Source: an archaeon (GTDB lineage: Archaea > Nanobdellota > Nanobdellia > Woesearchaeales > UBA9642). Taken from it: a stretch of 64,000 bases of DNA. The stretch spans positions 187,382 to 251,381 of the forward strand of contig JAGVGF010000003.1 of NCBI GenBank assembly GCA_020057295.1, read 5' to 3'. The notes beneath the pieces are model-generated. The model saw only the letters and a list, made by a program, of their open reading frames with translations. It was not told where the DNA came from and did not search any database. Both the position numbers and the translations under genes were made by a program. Shown here piece by piece: positions 1-10,684 of this stretch; position 1 is the first letter of the stretch, and the number at the start of each line of letters is the position of its first letter.

Positions 1-1833
1 AGTGATAATGATAGTGTTACGGTATCATTGAACGATTCTAGATATAATTTAATCAATTCTTCAAATAATTATGCATTATATCAACTAGATTATAATTCAA
101 GTCTTCCAAGCAATCACACAGCACTTGTTACGTTGACAGACACTTATGGTGCATCTTCAACATATTATGTTAATATTTTATTATATACAACAATTAATAT
201 TCTAAGTTTTACGCCTTCAAACACAACAGTTTATGTGCGTAGAAATGACACCATTAATTTTACACAGTATACTACAGAATCTAATGCTTTAACATTATAT
301 TATTATTGGTTTATTAATACAACATTGAACGCTACTACACAAAATTTTACTTTCAACACGACAGGATATGTCGCTACCAATTATAATATAACATTCACAG
401 TATCCAATAATGCCTCGATTAATACTACCAACGAAACTGTTACATGGAATGTTTTTATTGATGATCAAGGACCAACTGTAAATATAATAAGTCCTAATAT
501 AACACAAAATTATTCAAAAATATATATTAATTATACTTCTACAGATTCTCTTTCTGGAGTATCATCATGCTGGTATTATATTAACATAACAAATACTTCA
601 ATCAATACCACTTCTGGTTCATGTTCTAATATCTCAATATATCTTCCTAATGGAGATTATACGCTGATTTTATATTCTAATGATACTGTAGGAAATGTAG
701 GTTATAACAATTTAACATTTAACTTAAATGATACGGTTGCGCCAGTAATTACAAACCCTTTGCCTAGTGCAACGCAAAGTGCTGGTGTGATTAGCGTTAC
801 TTTAAGTGTGATTACAGACGAAAATGCTACATGTAAATATAGCACAACGAATGTGAATTATTCTCTCATGACAGGTTCATTTACAGACTCTGTTACAAAT
901 CATTCTACGAGTTACAGTGTTGCTGACGGATCAACAAATACTATATTTGTACGTTGCAGCGATATGTCTAATAATTCCAATAATTTATCTACAAATATTT
1001 CTTTTAGTGTCAATAGTCCTGCGCCCGTTTCTACTTCGGGCGGTGGCGGTGGTGGAGGCGGTTCAATACAAAGATCTGTTGATACAATAACAAGTAGTAT
1101 CGATACAGTACATGTGGGTGAGACAAGCATCGCTGTAGATAGTTCTACCATTCCATTAAGCAGGATATCTTTTGAAACAAACGATGTTGCAGAAAAAGTC
1201 AAATTCACAATTAGTAAAGTAAATTCTCCCGCAAATACTTATAGTGATAATAACAATAAAGTTTATGCATATGTTAGTGTTGATCATGTAAATCTTCCAG
1301 AGAGTATTGTAAAAAGTGCAAAAATATACTTCGATGTAACATCTGCATGGCTCTCAAATAATAATATAAATAAAGAATATGTGAAACTTGTAAGGTTTAA
1401 TAATTATGATAGTACATGGAATGTTTTATCTACAGAATTATTGAACGAAGTTGATGGAAAATTATATTATGTTGCAAATAGTCCCGGATTAAGCTTATAC
1501 GCTATAAGTTATCAATTGCCCGTAATTAATGATACAAGTGCTATAATTATTCCCAATATTACTACGGAAAATGTTACTCGAGATAATACTATAAGAATCC
1601 TTGACTCAAATAATTCTAACGTTTCTAATAATCAGAAAACTAATAAACAGGTAAATAACTCTAATTTCTATACACAAATGGTTGTTGTTATATTGTTTAG
1701 TGTGTTTGTACTTGTATTGTTAGTAGGATTTATTGTGCGTCAAAGATCTACCAAAGAGTATGAGGAAGAAATTATTCGAGAAACAAATAATGAGCTTAAA
1801 AGCAGTAAGATGCCTCGAAATAAAATGAAGTGA
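1..1833 (+). CDS. Large surface protein, 5'-truncated: Ig-like/Asn-Thr-rich repeats, poly-Gly linker, PGF-pre-PGF-like domain, C-terminal TM anchor
   Basis: Frame +1 is open from base 1. Many NxS/T sequons, TSGGGGGGGG linker, ANSPGLSLYAI (PGF-pre-PGF-like), hydrophobic helix followed by a charged tail. Confidence 0.8.
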   Translation, partial: SDNDSVTVSLNDSRYNLINSSNNYALYQLDYNSSLPSNHTALVTLTDTYGASSTYYVNILLYTTINILSFTPSNTTVYVRRNDTINFTQYTTESNALTLYYYWFINTTLNATTQNFTFNTTGYVATNYNITFTVSNNASINTTNETVTWNVFIDDQGPTVNIISPNITQNYSKIYINYTSTDSLSGVSSCWYYINITNTSINTTSGSCSNISIYLPNGDYTLILYSNDTVGNVGYNNLTFNLNDTVAPVITNPLPSATQSAGVISVTLSVITDENATCKYSTTNVNYSLMTGSFTDSVTNHSTSYSVADGSTNTIFVRCSDMSNNSNNLSTNISFSVNSPAPVSTSGGGGGGGGSIQRSVDTITSSIDTVHVGETSIAVDSSTIPLSRISFETNDVAEKVKFTISKVNSPANTYSDNNNKVYAYVSVDHVNLPESIVKSAKIYFDVTSAWLSNNNINKEYVKLVRFNNYDSTWNVLSTELLNEVDGKLYYVANSPGLSLYAISYQLPVINDTSAIIIPNITTENVTRDNTIRILDSNNSNVSNNQKTNKQVNNSNFYTQMVVVILFSVFVLVLLVGFIVRQRSTKEYEEEIIRETNNELKSSKMPRNKMK

Positions 1834-1837
1834 TATT

Positions 1838-2395
1838 ATGAGAATGTTCCTATCAATTAATTTAAGTAAAGAAATTGTTACAGAATTATCTAGGTTACAG
1901 CATGCTATACGAAGCAATTTATCCTCTGTAGATAAGTTGCTGCTTGTAAAGCCTGAATCTATTCATTTAACACTAAAATTCTTTGCAGATGTAGACAAGA
2001 GCAAATTACCTCAAATTCTTGAAGCACTACGATCTGTTGCTTTGAGTATAGAAAAATTTTCTATAGATACAGATAAATTAAACTATTTTACAGCACCAAA
2101 CGGTAGACCACGAGTTGTGTTCTTATCATTTAAAAAATCTGTTCAATTATCAAAATTACATGAAGATATAGGATTGAAACTTGCACCATTAGGATTTAAT
2201 AAAGATGAATTTAAATCGCACGCGACTTTATTTAGGGTAAAATTCTTACGAGATAAATTCAGACTTATAGAGATATTAAAGCATGTAAAAGTCGAACCAC
2301 TAAAACTAGAAATAAATTCAATAGAGTTATTTGAAAGTGTTCTAATGGAATCTGGTCCAACATATACTCTTGTTGAGAAATTTGAATTGAAATAA
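1838..2395 (+). CDS. thpR: RNA 2',3'-cyclic phosphodiesterase (2H family, LigT)
   Basis: N-terminal MRMFLSI and two HxT motifs (HLTLKF, HATLFR). Confidence 0.9.
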   Translation: MRMFLSINLSKEIVTELSRLQHAIRSNLSSVDKLLLVKPESIHLTLKFFADVDKSKLPQILEALRSVALSIEKFSIDTDKLNYFTAPNGRPRVVFLSFKKSVQLSKLHEDIGLKLAPLGFNKDEFKSHATLFRVKFLRDKFRLIEILKHVKVEPLKLEINSIELFESVLMESGPTYTLVEKFELK

Positions 2396-2434
2396 AGAGT
2401 AAACTATTTATATCCTTTTTCTAACATATTCCTT

Positions 2435-3766
2435 ATGAACTGGTATTTAGTTTTTTTCATATTGTATATTCTAATTGTTGTTATAATAGGTATAATCTCT
2501 TCCCGCAAAGAATCTGAAGATGGATTCATGATTGCCGACCGTAAAGTTCAAGGATTTCAAGTTGCAGCCACAATGAGTGCAGGATTCTTCGATGGAGCAA
2601 CGCTTGCGATTTACACAGCATATATCTATATGTATGGACTGTCCGCCATTTGGTTATTTGTAGGTTTAGCTCTTGGTTTTTTGCTTGTTAAAAAATACGC
2701 TCCAATTATAAAGAAAAAGGCTGATAAACTAAAAGTATATTCTATGCCCGAATATTTTTATAAGGCATTTGGAAAAGATAACGGTCTGATGTTTTCCTTT
2801 TTTTTAATATTGCAATTCTTCTTGCTTTTGACAGTAAATTTGATAGTAAGTGGTAAGATTTTATCCATGATATTTCCTATATCATACAATTTAGCTGTTA
2901 TAATCGGCGGAATCGTAATATTAACATACTTATTGTTAGCAGGATTCAAAGCTGTGATTAAGACGGATTTTTTTCAGTTAATGATAATGTTTCTTATGAC
3001 ACTTGGCGTTGCAATAATTTTATTTGGAGATATCAAAGCTATTCCAGTATCCGAATTCAATCTTACAAGTCTAGGAATTGGAAATATAATAGGTTTTCTT
3101 ATAATTGCAGGCGTGGGTCTTTTAGTGGCACCAGATCTTTGGCAGAGGATATTTGCAACAAAAGATAGAAAAAATCTTGATAGAGGCCTCTCATACTCGT
3201 CAATAATAGTAATATTACTAGGGTTGCTACTTAGTATTATAGGTTTAATCACTAAAAATAATTTTCCAAATATAGCATCTGAAGACGCATTAGTGATAGG
3301 ATTTTCTAGCTTATTACCGGCAGGAATTCTAGTAGCGCTTGGTATGGTTTTATTATATGCTGTAGCATTATCGTCATCAGATACAGCAACGTTTGTTGTA
3401 TCTTCTATTGTGACAAGAGATTTGAAAAATTATTCTAGAAAAAATTCTACTGAATCAATGAAAAAATTAACAAGAATATTTATGATGATTTTTGTTGCTC
3501 TTGCTGTAATTCTTGGAATATTTTATCAAAACGTTATGAGTCTAGGATTTTCTCTCGCAAGTCTTAATCTTGCATTAGTTCCTGTTGTCTTCGGATCATT
3601 TTACTGGAAATTAAAAGAACGAGCAGTATTCTGGTCATTAATATTGGCATTTTTAAGCATCTTAATATTATTTATCTTTGGACAACTCGATCCACAAACT
3701 GCTGTAATATCACTGCCTGTAGCTTTGATATCGCTGTTTGTGTTGCAGAAGGTGTTTAAGAAATAA
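2435..3766 (+). CDS. Sodium:solute symporter family protein
   Basis: About 13 TM helices; motifs FMIADR, YSMPEYF, GFKAVIKTD, PDLWQRIFA, SSSDT. Confidence 0.85.
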   Translation: MNWYLVFFILYILIVVIIGIISSRKESEDGFMIADRKVQGFQVAATMSAGFFDGATLAIYTAYIYMYGLSAIWLFVGLALGFLLVKKYAPIIKKKADKLKVYSMPEYFYKAFGKDNGLMFSFFLILQFFLLLTVNLIVSGKILSMIFPISYNLAVIIGGIVILTYLLLAGFKAVIKTDFFQLMIMFLMTLGVAIILFGDIKAIPVSEFNLTSLGIGNIIGFLIIAGVGLLVAPDLWQRIFATKDRKNLDRGLSYSSIIVILLGLLLSIIGLITKNNFPNIASEDALVIGFSSLLPAGILVALGMVLLYAVALSSSDTATFVVSSIVTRDLKNYSRKNSTESMKKLTRIFMMIFVALAVILGIFYQNVMSLGFSLASLNLALVPVVFGSFYWKLKERAVFWSLILAFLSILILFIFGQLDPQTAVISLPVALISLFVLQKVFKK

Positions 3767-3772
3767 ACATAA

Positions 3773-4216
3773 TTATTTTCTGATATAGAATTCTTTTCTA
3801 TTGTAGTTTTCTAGAACTTTAGCGCTTGGAAAATACATAGGGCTAGGAAGTTCTTTTAAATCAAACCATTTCCATTCTGTAATTTCGTCTGGTTCCATAA
3901 CTTGTGGTTCTCCCTCGAATTCTTCCGCAAATAGTCCTATTGTTATGAAATGTGCTGTTTCTATAATATCTTGATTAACACAAATCACTTTAACGTTCTT
4001 TAATTTTATTCCTGTTTCTTCAAGAACTTCTCTTGCAGCTCCTTCCTCAAATGTCTCTCCAAAATTTAATTTTCCACCAGGCATAGTCCATTTTCCTGCA
4101 CCATTTAGTTGACTTGATGCTTTTTCTGGATCGTCATGTCTTTTTCCTAGTAGTATCTTACCATATCTTAGAATCATGACACCAAATCCTGCTCCTATTT
4201 TCTTTTTTTCTTCCAT
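3773..4216 (-). CDS. NUDIX hydrolase (MutT/NUDT15-like)
   Basis: Nudix box GGKLNFGETFEEGAAREVLEETG. Confidence 0.9.
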   Translation of the reverse strand: MEEKKKIGAGFGVMILRYGKILLGKRHDDPEKASSQLNGAGKWTMPGGKLNFGETFEEGAAREVLEETGIKLKNVKVICVNQDIIETAHFITIGLFAEEFEGEPQVMEPDEITEWKWFDLKELPSPMYFPSAKVLENYNRKEFYIRK

Positions 4217-4222
4217 TTTAAC

Positions 4223-6622
4223 CTATATCTCTATCTTCTGTTCTCCAAACTCTAACTTCTTTACGTTATGTGCAGAAATAATGTCGTGTTGGATTGGTTT
4301 GAACTTCTCGTTGATAACAAGTCTTTGTACTTCGTCTTTCAAACTCTTGCCTTTTTCTTTCTTTGATTTCCATATGAAACTATTTAATTCTGAGATTTCA
4401 TCTTTTGTTATATTTACATCTGTATATAATTTCCATTCTTTAACAAATGGTTCGAAGTGAATGTCCTTACCGCGTATTTCTTTATAGATTTTGTATGTTA
4501 TTAATGGCATGATTGGTGCAAGCATGTTTAACACTGAATCAAGTATTTTGTTTAATGAATATATTGCTGCATGTTGTTGTTCTTTTGTGAATTCTTTATT
4601 TTGATTATATGCTCTATTCTTTACTAACTCAATGTATTGTGATGCGAATGTTTCCCATATGAAATGTCTTAATTCAACTGCTGGTGTGTGGAAATCGTAA
4701 TTAGGGTAATGTTTATGACATTTTATTACTATGTTGTTTGCTTCATTTAATGCCCATTTATCTAGCATTGTTAAATGATTCTCTGCCTCTTTTGATTCTT
4801 CATCAGTTAATTGTGGGAACATCGTTATGAATTTTGATGCATTCCATAATTTTGATATGGTTTTTCCTGCTCCTTCAATTCTTTCAAATGAACATCTAAA
4901 ATCGGTTCTTTCAAGATTTCCTTCTAATGCAGCCCATAATCTGAACGGTTCTGCACCAAATTTGTCTAATACTTCTTGAGGATTAATTCCGTTACCAAGA
5001 GATTTAGACATCTTCTTACCATTTTCATCTACAATATGATAATTTATCCAAACATTTTCAAAAATACATTTTCCTGTAATCAAATAGTCTTTAAGTAACG
5101 TATAATATAACCATGTTCTTATAATCTCTTTTCCTTGTGGTCTTAAACTGCATGGTGAATTATTCTTGAAGAATTCATTTTCTTTTTCATATTTTAGAAT
5201 GTATAATGGACTGTTTGAACTATCAAACCATGTATCAAACACTTTTTCTTCGCCGACAAATTCTGTATGATTACACTTAGGACATTTTTCTACTGGACAT
5301 TTATCTTTCCATGGCTGATTATATTTTCCTTTTGACGGAACTACTGGATGTTTGCATGATTTACAATACCATAACGGAATTTCTGTAGCATAATATCTTC
5401 TTCTAGATATTGGCCAATCAATATTTATACTATTTATCCAGTCAATTAATATTTTTCTTGAATCTTCTGAGAAGAATTTTGATTGTTCAGCAATCTTTAA
5501 CATTTCGTTTCTGAAATCTAACTGTTTTAAGTAGAATTCTTTCATTCCAATAAATTCGATAGGATCCTTACTTCTCTCACATATTGGTGTTCTATGCTTT
5601 ATTCGGGATTGTTTTACAACTAAATCTTTACTTTTTAACTCATCAATTATTGCTCTTTGTGCATCTCGCGCTTTCATTCCAGCAAATTGTCCTGCATGTT
5701 CATTTAACGTGCCGTCCTTATTTATTGCAATTGTAGCTTTAAGGCCATTATCTCGGAAGAATCTTATATCTGTAACATCTCCAAAACTACACATCATCAT
5801 GAGTCCTGTTCCTTTGTCCATTTGTGCTACTGGATCTGCTTTTATCGGAACTACTTTTCCGAATAATGGCGTGACAGCATGTTTTCCTTCTAAGTTCATG
5901 TATCTTTCATCTTGTGGATTGTAACATATCATTTCACACGTACAGATTAATTCAGGTCTTGTTGTTCCTATAATTATATCTTCTCCTGTCTCTTTGATTT
6001 TGAATTTTATATCGTTAAAGAATGCTGGAAGTTCTGCATAATCTATTTCCGCATCTGCAAGTGTTGTCTGACATCCTGGACACCAATTATTTGTCCTATA
6101 ATCTTCATACACTAATCCTTTATGCCATAAATCTATGAATGTATCTTGCGTTAGCGCTCTATAATCCGCACTATCTGTCTCGTATACTTCTCCAATTCCG
6201 GTTCCTTTCTCCCAAGAATTGAATCCTATTCCACATCTTAAGAACGAGTCTACGGATTCTAAGGAACACTCTTCAAGCATTTCTCTACATTTTGTTATAA
6301 ACTCAATCCTTGGAGTTTCTGTAAGTTTCATTCCATAACGTTTTTCTGCAGCCATTTCTATCGGAAGACCGTTTCTATCCAAACCCAATGGAAATAAAAC
6401 TTCTTTACCCATCATTCTGTGAAATCGTGCAAACATATCCATACATACATATGTAGTAACTTGCCCAATATGTACAGGAGTATTAATATATGGTGGAGGA
6501 GTATCTATAGAATACACCTTTTTCTTAGAATTCTTGTTAAACGCGTACCTTTTATTAGCCTTCCATTCAGTATATATTTCCTTTTCTATTTCCTTAGTCC
6601 AATTCTTCTCGTTTAAAGGCAT
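4223..6622 (-). CDS. valS: Valine--tRNA ligase (archaeal type)
   Basis: DTPPPY, HIGQ (HIGH variant), TTRPE editing motif, DWPISR, KMSKS. Confidence 0.95.
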   Translation of the reverse strand: MPLNEKNWTKEIEKEIYTEWKANKRYAFNKNSKKKVYSIDTPPPYINTPVHIGQVTTYVCMDMFARFHRMMGKEVLFPLGLDRNGLPIEMAAEKRYGMKLTETPRIEFITKCREMLEECSLESVDSFLRCGIGFNSWEKGTGIGEVYETDSADYRALTQDTFIDLWHKGLVYEDYRTNNWCPGCQTTLADAEIDYAELPAFFNDIKFKIKETGEDIIIGTTRPELICTCEMICYNPQDERYMNLEGKHAVTPLFGKVVPIKADPVAQMDKGTGLMMMCSFGDVTDIRFFRDNGLKATIAINKDGTLNEHAGQFAGMKARDAQRAIIDELKSKDLVVKQSRIKHRTPICERSKDPIEFIGMKEFYLKQLDFRNEMLKIAEQSKFFSEDSRKILIDWINSINIDWPISRRRYYATEIPLWYCKSCKHPVVPSKGKYNQPWKDKCPVEKCPKCNHTEFVGEEKVFDTWFDSSNSPLYILKYEKENEFFKNNSPCSLRPQGKEIIRTWLYYTLLKDYLITGKCIFENVWINYHIVDENGKKMSKSLGNGINPQEVLDKFGAEPFRLWAALEGNLERTDFRCSFERIEGAGKTISKLWNASKFITMFPQLTDEESKEAENHLTMLDKWALNEANNIVIKCHKHYPNYDFHTPAVELRHFIWETFASQYIELVKNRAYNQNKEFTKEQQHAAIYSLNKILDSVLNMLAPIMPLITYKIYKEIRGKDIHFEPFVKEWKLYTDVNITKDEISELNSFIWKSKKEKGKSLKDEVQRLVINEKFKPIQHDIISAHNVKKLEFGEQKIEI

Positions 6623-6730
6623 AATATTGTGATTTATAGAAGGTATTTAAAGTTTGTGCTGTAATTATAATCGGTAAATATATAAATTAAGTAGCTGAAC
6701 GTATATTATATTCAATTTGGAGGGATATTA

Positions 6731-8404
6731 ATGAAAAAGATTCTATCGTTTATTGTAATGATGGTATTCGTACTATCAATTGTGGGTGCAGCATACGCTG
6801 AAGGTAATGATACTAATGTGGGCAGTAATAATTCAACAACATCAACCGGTACAAACAATTCAACTACATCAACTTGTGTCATTAAAGAAGGTAAATGTTG
6901 TCTAGGAGATATTTGTTCAACAAGTTCCGCAAATTGTGTTCAAGGAACTACACCTAAATTCTTAGGATGCGATGCTGCATGTGTTGCAAAGGTTGAATGT
7001 GTCAAACCTGACGTTAATAACACAATTACATGTGTTAGAGAAGGTAATTCATATCCTGTAGGTACAACTCCTGGTTCTCCTACTTATACTTGTTGTTCTG
7101 GACTTGTTCCTTACTCTCCTCCAGGATTGGTTGGCGGAGTAAAATGTGTTAAACCAAATAGTACTAACACAATTACATGTAAGCCTGTTGATAAAGCTTG
7201 TACTGCTAATACTAGACAAGTGATTTTTAAAGATAAGGATGGTTGTGAACAAATTCGTTGTGAGGGCTTAGAAGGTCCAGAATCTAATGATGACGAAGGA
7301 AGATCTGGTAATGATAATAAAGCAACACCTGTATCTGGTAGAATTCCACAAGGTGTAGCTGTTGGTCAAAAATGTGATATTTCTGAAGAGTATAAAAATG
7401 CTGGAGAAGCATTGAAAGAAGAGTATAAGAACGCTTTAGAATCTAAAAAATTAGATGCAGCAAAGGTTGCAAGAGAGAAAATGCAAGAATTAGAACAAAA
7501 AATTATGGATCAACGAAGAGCTTGTATGACTTTAAACGTTCCAGGTTTAATTAAAGAAGATAAAAAAGAATGTTTAATTCCAAAAGATTTGGCAGATAAG
7601 ATGGAAGCATTACGAGCAAAGGTTGATACTTTAAGAAGTCAGAATGTATCCATTCCTTCTGATGTTAAAAATCAAATATCAGATTTAGAATCTAAGGCTT
7701 CTGATGTTAGAGCTAAATGTAATGCATTAAAGTTTAGTGATCAAGCTAAAGAAGGCGATGTAGCAGCAATTTATACTGCTAGATTAAAAGAAGCTATGAG
7801 CAACAATGATAGTGATACAAAGATTCAAACATTAAAAGAATTAAGAAAAGAGATTGATGAAACGATAAAGAATCTTATTGAGCAGAAAAAGAAATTGAAG
7901 TTTAGTGATATGGAAGGAGTCGCTGATAAGGTAAGATTAAGACCTAAAACTATCGATGTAGGAGATTCATCAACATCAAGCGAAGATGTAGAAATAGAAA
8001 CAGAGATTGAAGGAAGTGAAGTAACTTTATCATCGACAAGCACTGATGTGATCTTAAGCCAAGATGGTTTGAATGTTACAGCAACAGATTTAACTGTTGA
8101 TTCAGATGGTTTGAGTGTTGAAGGCGTAGCTGTTAAAATTTCACCTACTGCAATGCTCAATAAAAATCAGAATTTAGATAGAAACAGAGCAAGAGTTACT
8201 GAAATGAAACTAGAAAAAGAAGGAGAAAAAGCAGTATACAATACAAAGTATGATGCTAAGAAAAAAGTTCTAGGATTTATTCCAGCAACAGCAAAGCAAG
8301 AAATGAAAATTGATGCATCTAATGGTCAACTTGTTTCTGAAAAGAAACCATGGTGGGGCTTTATAGCATCAGATGTAAAAGAAGCGAACACTACAACAGA
8401 ATAA
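6731..8404 (+). CDS. Secreted Cys-rich hypothetical protein with coiled coil and C-terminal K-x-LGFIP...KPWW motif
   Basis: Signal peptide, Cys-rich modules, GGAGG SD upstream. Confidence 0.75.
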   Translation: MKKILSFIVMMVFVLSIVGAAYAEGNDTNVGSNNSTTSTGTNNSTTSTCVIKEGKCCLGDICSTSSANCVQGTTPKFLGCDAACVAKVECVKPDVNNTITCVREGNSYPVGTTPGSPTYTCCSGLVPYSPPGLVGGVKCVKPNSTNTITCKPVDKACTANTRQVIFKDKDGCEQIRCEGLEGPESNDDEGRSGNDNKATPVSGRIPQGVAVGQKCDISEEYKNAGEALKEEYKNALESKKLDAAKVAREKMQELEQKIMDQRRACMTLNVPGLIKEDKKECLIPKDLADKMEALRAKVDTLRSQNVSIPSDVKNQISDLESKASDVRAKCNALKFSDQAKEGDVAAIYTARLKEAMSNNDSDTKIQTLKELRKEIDETIKNLIEQKKKLKFSDMEGVADKVRLRPKTIDVGDSSTSSEDVEIETEIEGSEVTLSSTSTDVILSQDGLNVTATDLTVDSDGLSVEGVAVKISPTAMLNKNQNLDRNRARVTEMKLEKEGEKAVYNTKYDAKKKVLGFIPATAKQEMKIDASNGQLVSEKKPWWGFIASDVKEANTTTE

Positions 8405-8435
8405 ATATTTATTTTTATTTTTTTTAATTTAATTT
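8405..8435. terminator. T-rich terminator region between convergent genes
   Basis: Long T-tracts directly after the 8404 stop; archaeal oligo-T type. Confidence 0.5.
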
Positions 8436-8894
8436 TTATAGTAATAATAGTATTTCTTTGCTGTGATCTTTTACAGATACATCATTGAAATGTTTCACAA
8501 GTTTTCCTTTCTCATCTATAATGAACGTTTCTCTGCTTGTTCCCATATACTTTCTTCCCATAAATGATTTTTCTTTCCATACACTATAAGAATTTACAAT
8601 CTTCTTTTCTGAATCTGAAAGTAATATAAATGGCAGTTTATATTTATCAACAAATTTTTTGTGTGATTTAATATCATCAACACTTATTCCAAGAATTATT
8701 GCTCCTTTCTTTTTATACAACGCACTGTCGTCTCTAAAATTGCATGCTTCAATTGTACATCCAGGAGTATCATCCTTAGGATAGAAGTAAAGGATAATCT
8801 TCTTTCCTTTATAGTCTGATAACTTATGTGTCTTCCCGTTCTGATCTTGTAATTCAAAATCTGGAGCCTTTGAACCTTCTTTTAATTGTGCCAT
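8436..8894 (-). CDS. bcp: Peroxiredoxin Q / bacterioferritin comigratory protein
   Basis: YFYPKDDTPGCTIEAC motif. Confidence 0.95.
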   Translation of the reverse strand: MAQLKEGSKAPDFELQDQNGKTHKLSDYKGKKIILYFYPKDDTPGCTIEACNFRDDSALYKKKGAIILGISVDDIKSHKKFVDKYKLPFILLSDSEKKIVNSYSVWKEKSFMGRKYMGTSRETFIIDEKGKLVKHFNDVSVKDHSKEILLLL

Positions 8895-8896
8895 TG

Positions 8897-9457
8897 TTAA
8901 CCTCGTTGATTAAAGTATCCATTATCTCTAGCATGCTTTGTAGTCTCTTCGAATGCATGTAATATTTCTGGAAAATCTTTGAAGTATTTTTCTTTACTTT
9001 TTCTTAAAAATTCTTCAGTCCATCCCTTCCAATCATCTTTATAATCCAATTCGTGAAGCTCAGCGTCAAAAGAATCCACTGCTTTAGCAAATTTTGCTTC
9101 AGGTGTTTTACTTTCTTGAAACTCTTCAAATAATTTTAAATATTTATTTCCAAATTTTTCTGGAAGTTTTCTACTAATTATTTTTGCAGCATCTGTCTCT
9201 TTTTGTAGTATTTCCTCTCTGTGTTCATCAGGTATTAATGGACTGTCTCCTACTTCTATTTCTACAAGATCATGGAACAGAATTAGTTCAAAAACGTGAA
9301 TTTTATCTAATTCAGGATATTGCTCTAGAAAGAAATCTGCTAGAACTAATGCAGACCATGTATGTTCTGCTGTTGACTCTTTTCTATTTCCTACAGAATT
9401 GAATCTATAAATATCTTTAAGCTTGTATATCTCTCTTAATTTTTGGATGTCTGACAT
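8897..9457 (-). CDS. HD-domain hydrolase (HDDC2/YfbR-like deoxynucleotidase)
   Basis: ESTAEH, FHDLVE, EAKFAKAVD. Confidence 0.85.
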   Translation of the reverse strand: MSDIQKLREIYKLKDIYRFNSVGNRKESTAEHTWSALVLADFFLEQYPELDKIHVFELILFHDLVEIEVGDSPLIPDEHREEILQKETDAAKIISRKLPEKFGNKYLKLFEEFQESKTPEAKFAKAVDSFDAELHELDYKDDWKGWTEEFLRKSKEKYFKDFPEILHAFEETTKHARDNGYFNQRG

Positions 9458-9458
9458 T

Positions 9459-10067
9459 TTATTTTTTTACTGCCTCAAGATATAATCTTTCAACTTCTTC
9501 CCAATTTATTACCTTGAAGAAATTTTCTACATATTCTGCACGCTTATTCTGATACTTTAGATAGTATGCATGTTCCCATATGTCAATCATTAATATTGGA
9601 TGTTTTCCTTCTGACCATGGGGTGTCTTGATTTGCTGTTGATACAATTTCAAGTTTTCCGTTAGAGACTACAAGCCATGCCCAACCAGAACCAAATCTAT
9701 TCAATGATGCATCTGTAAACTGCTTCTTAAAAACATCAAACGAACCAAATGCATGATTTATTACTTCGGTCATCTTGTGCGTTATTGGAACATCTTTCTT
9801 CATAATATTCCAGAATTGATTATGATTTAAAACCCCTCCTCCATGATTTCTTACAGCATTTCTTGACTGTTCGGGAATGGTGTTTAAGCTTTGCAACAAA
9901 GTTTCTATAGGAACTTTCTGTAATCCTGCATATGGTTCGAGTGCCGCATTTAATTTATCCACATAAGTTTGATGATGTTTGTCGTGGTGTATTCTCATAG
10001 TCTGTTCGTCAATGTACGGCTCAAGGGCGTTATATTCGTAAGGTAATGGTGTTAATTCGTGTTTCAT
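9459..10067 (-). CDS. sod: Fe/Mn superoxide dismutase
   Basis: HHDKHH, NHNQFW, FGSGWAWL, DIWEHAYY. Confidence 0.97.
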   Translation of the reverse strand: MKHELTPLPYEYNALEPYIDEQTMRIHHDKHHQTYVDKLNAALEPYAGLQKVPIETLLQSLNTIPEQSRNAVRNHGGGVLNHNQFWNIMKKDVPITHKMTEVINHAFGSFDVFKKQFTDASLNRFGSGWAWLVVSNGKLEIVSTANQDTPWSEGKHPILMIDIWEHAYYLKYQNKRAEYVENFFKVINWEEVERLYLEAVKK

Positions 10068-10105
10068 TTTATTTTCCTCCTAGGATTTTCTTTTCAAATT
10101 TTCGC

Positions 10106-10672
10106 TTATTTCATAATTTCTTTCAATAGTATAGATATTTTTTCGGTTTTACCTTCTTCAAAATGTCCCTTATTTTTTTGAATTATTATTTTTGATCCGA
10201 GTGTTTTCTTGAATTTATCGGCATTTTTTATTGAGACAAAAGGATCGTTGGTTGAAAATATTGCTGTCGATGTTTTCATATTAGATTTTACTTTTTTAAA
10301 GTCTATTTTCGTTTCTAACCAAGGCTTTGCAATTTCTTTACTTTCTGTTTCATCAACTGCTGCATCTGTTAATGTTAACCATGGCGCAACAAATAAGACT
10401 TTGCCGACTTTTTTTGCTTTAGAAGTTTCAAGATATCTCATAACTGTTTGGCACCCAATACTGTGGCCGATGATTATAGTGTTTTCATCAGAATTTTTTG
10501 CAATTTCTGAAAGTTTTTTAACCCAAGGTTTTATTTTTGGTACAGCAGGATTAGGCATGATAGGCTTGATAACTTTGAATCCTTTCTTTGTCAATTCTTT
10601 TCCTAACCATACAAACCATCCCTTATTAGGATTTCCATCCCATCCATGAATAATTATTGCAGTTTTTTTCAT
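10106..10672 (-). CDS. RBBP9/YdeN-family alpha/beta hydrolase
   Basis: IHGW, GHSIG nucleophile elbow, STNDPFV, GHF. Confidence 0.85.
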   Translation of the reverse strand: MKKTAIIIHGWDGNPNKGWFVWLGKELTKKGFKVIKPIMPNPAVPKIKPWVKKLSEIAKNSDENTIIIGHSIGCQTVMRYLETSKAKKVGKVLFVAPWLTLTDAAVDETESKEIAKPWLETKIDFKKVKSNMKTSTAIFSTNDPFVSIKNADKFKKTLGSKIIIQKNKGHFEEGKTEKISILLKEIMK

Positions 10673-10684
10673 TTTAACCTCTTA

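Noticed and set aside
1036-1062. GGC/GGT repeat (also at about 58825-58860)
   Set aside because: It encodes ordinary poly-Gly linkers of surface proteins, not a separate repeat element.
4223-6622. HIGQ instead of HIGH in ValRS
   Set aside because: Variation at this position is tolerated in class I synthetases and the other motifs are intact.
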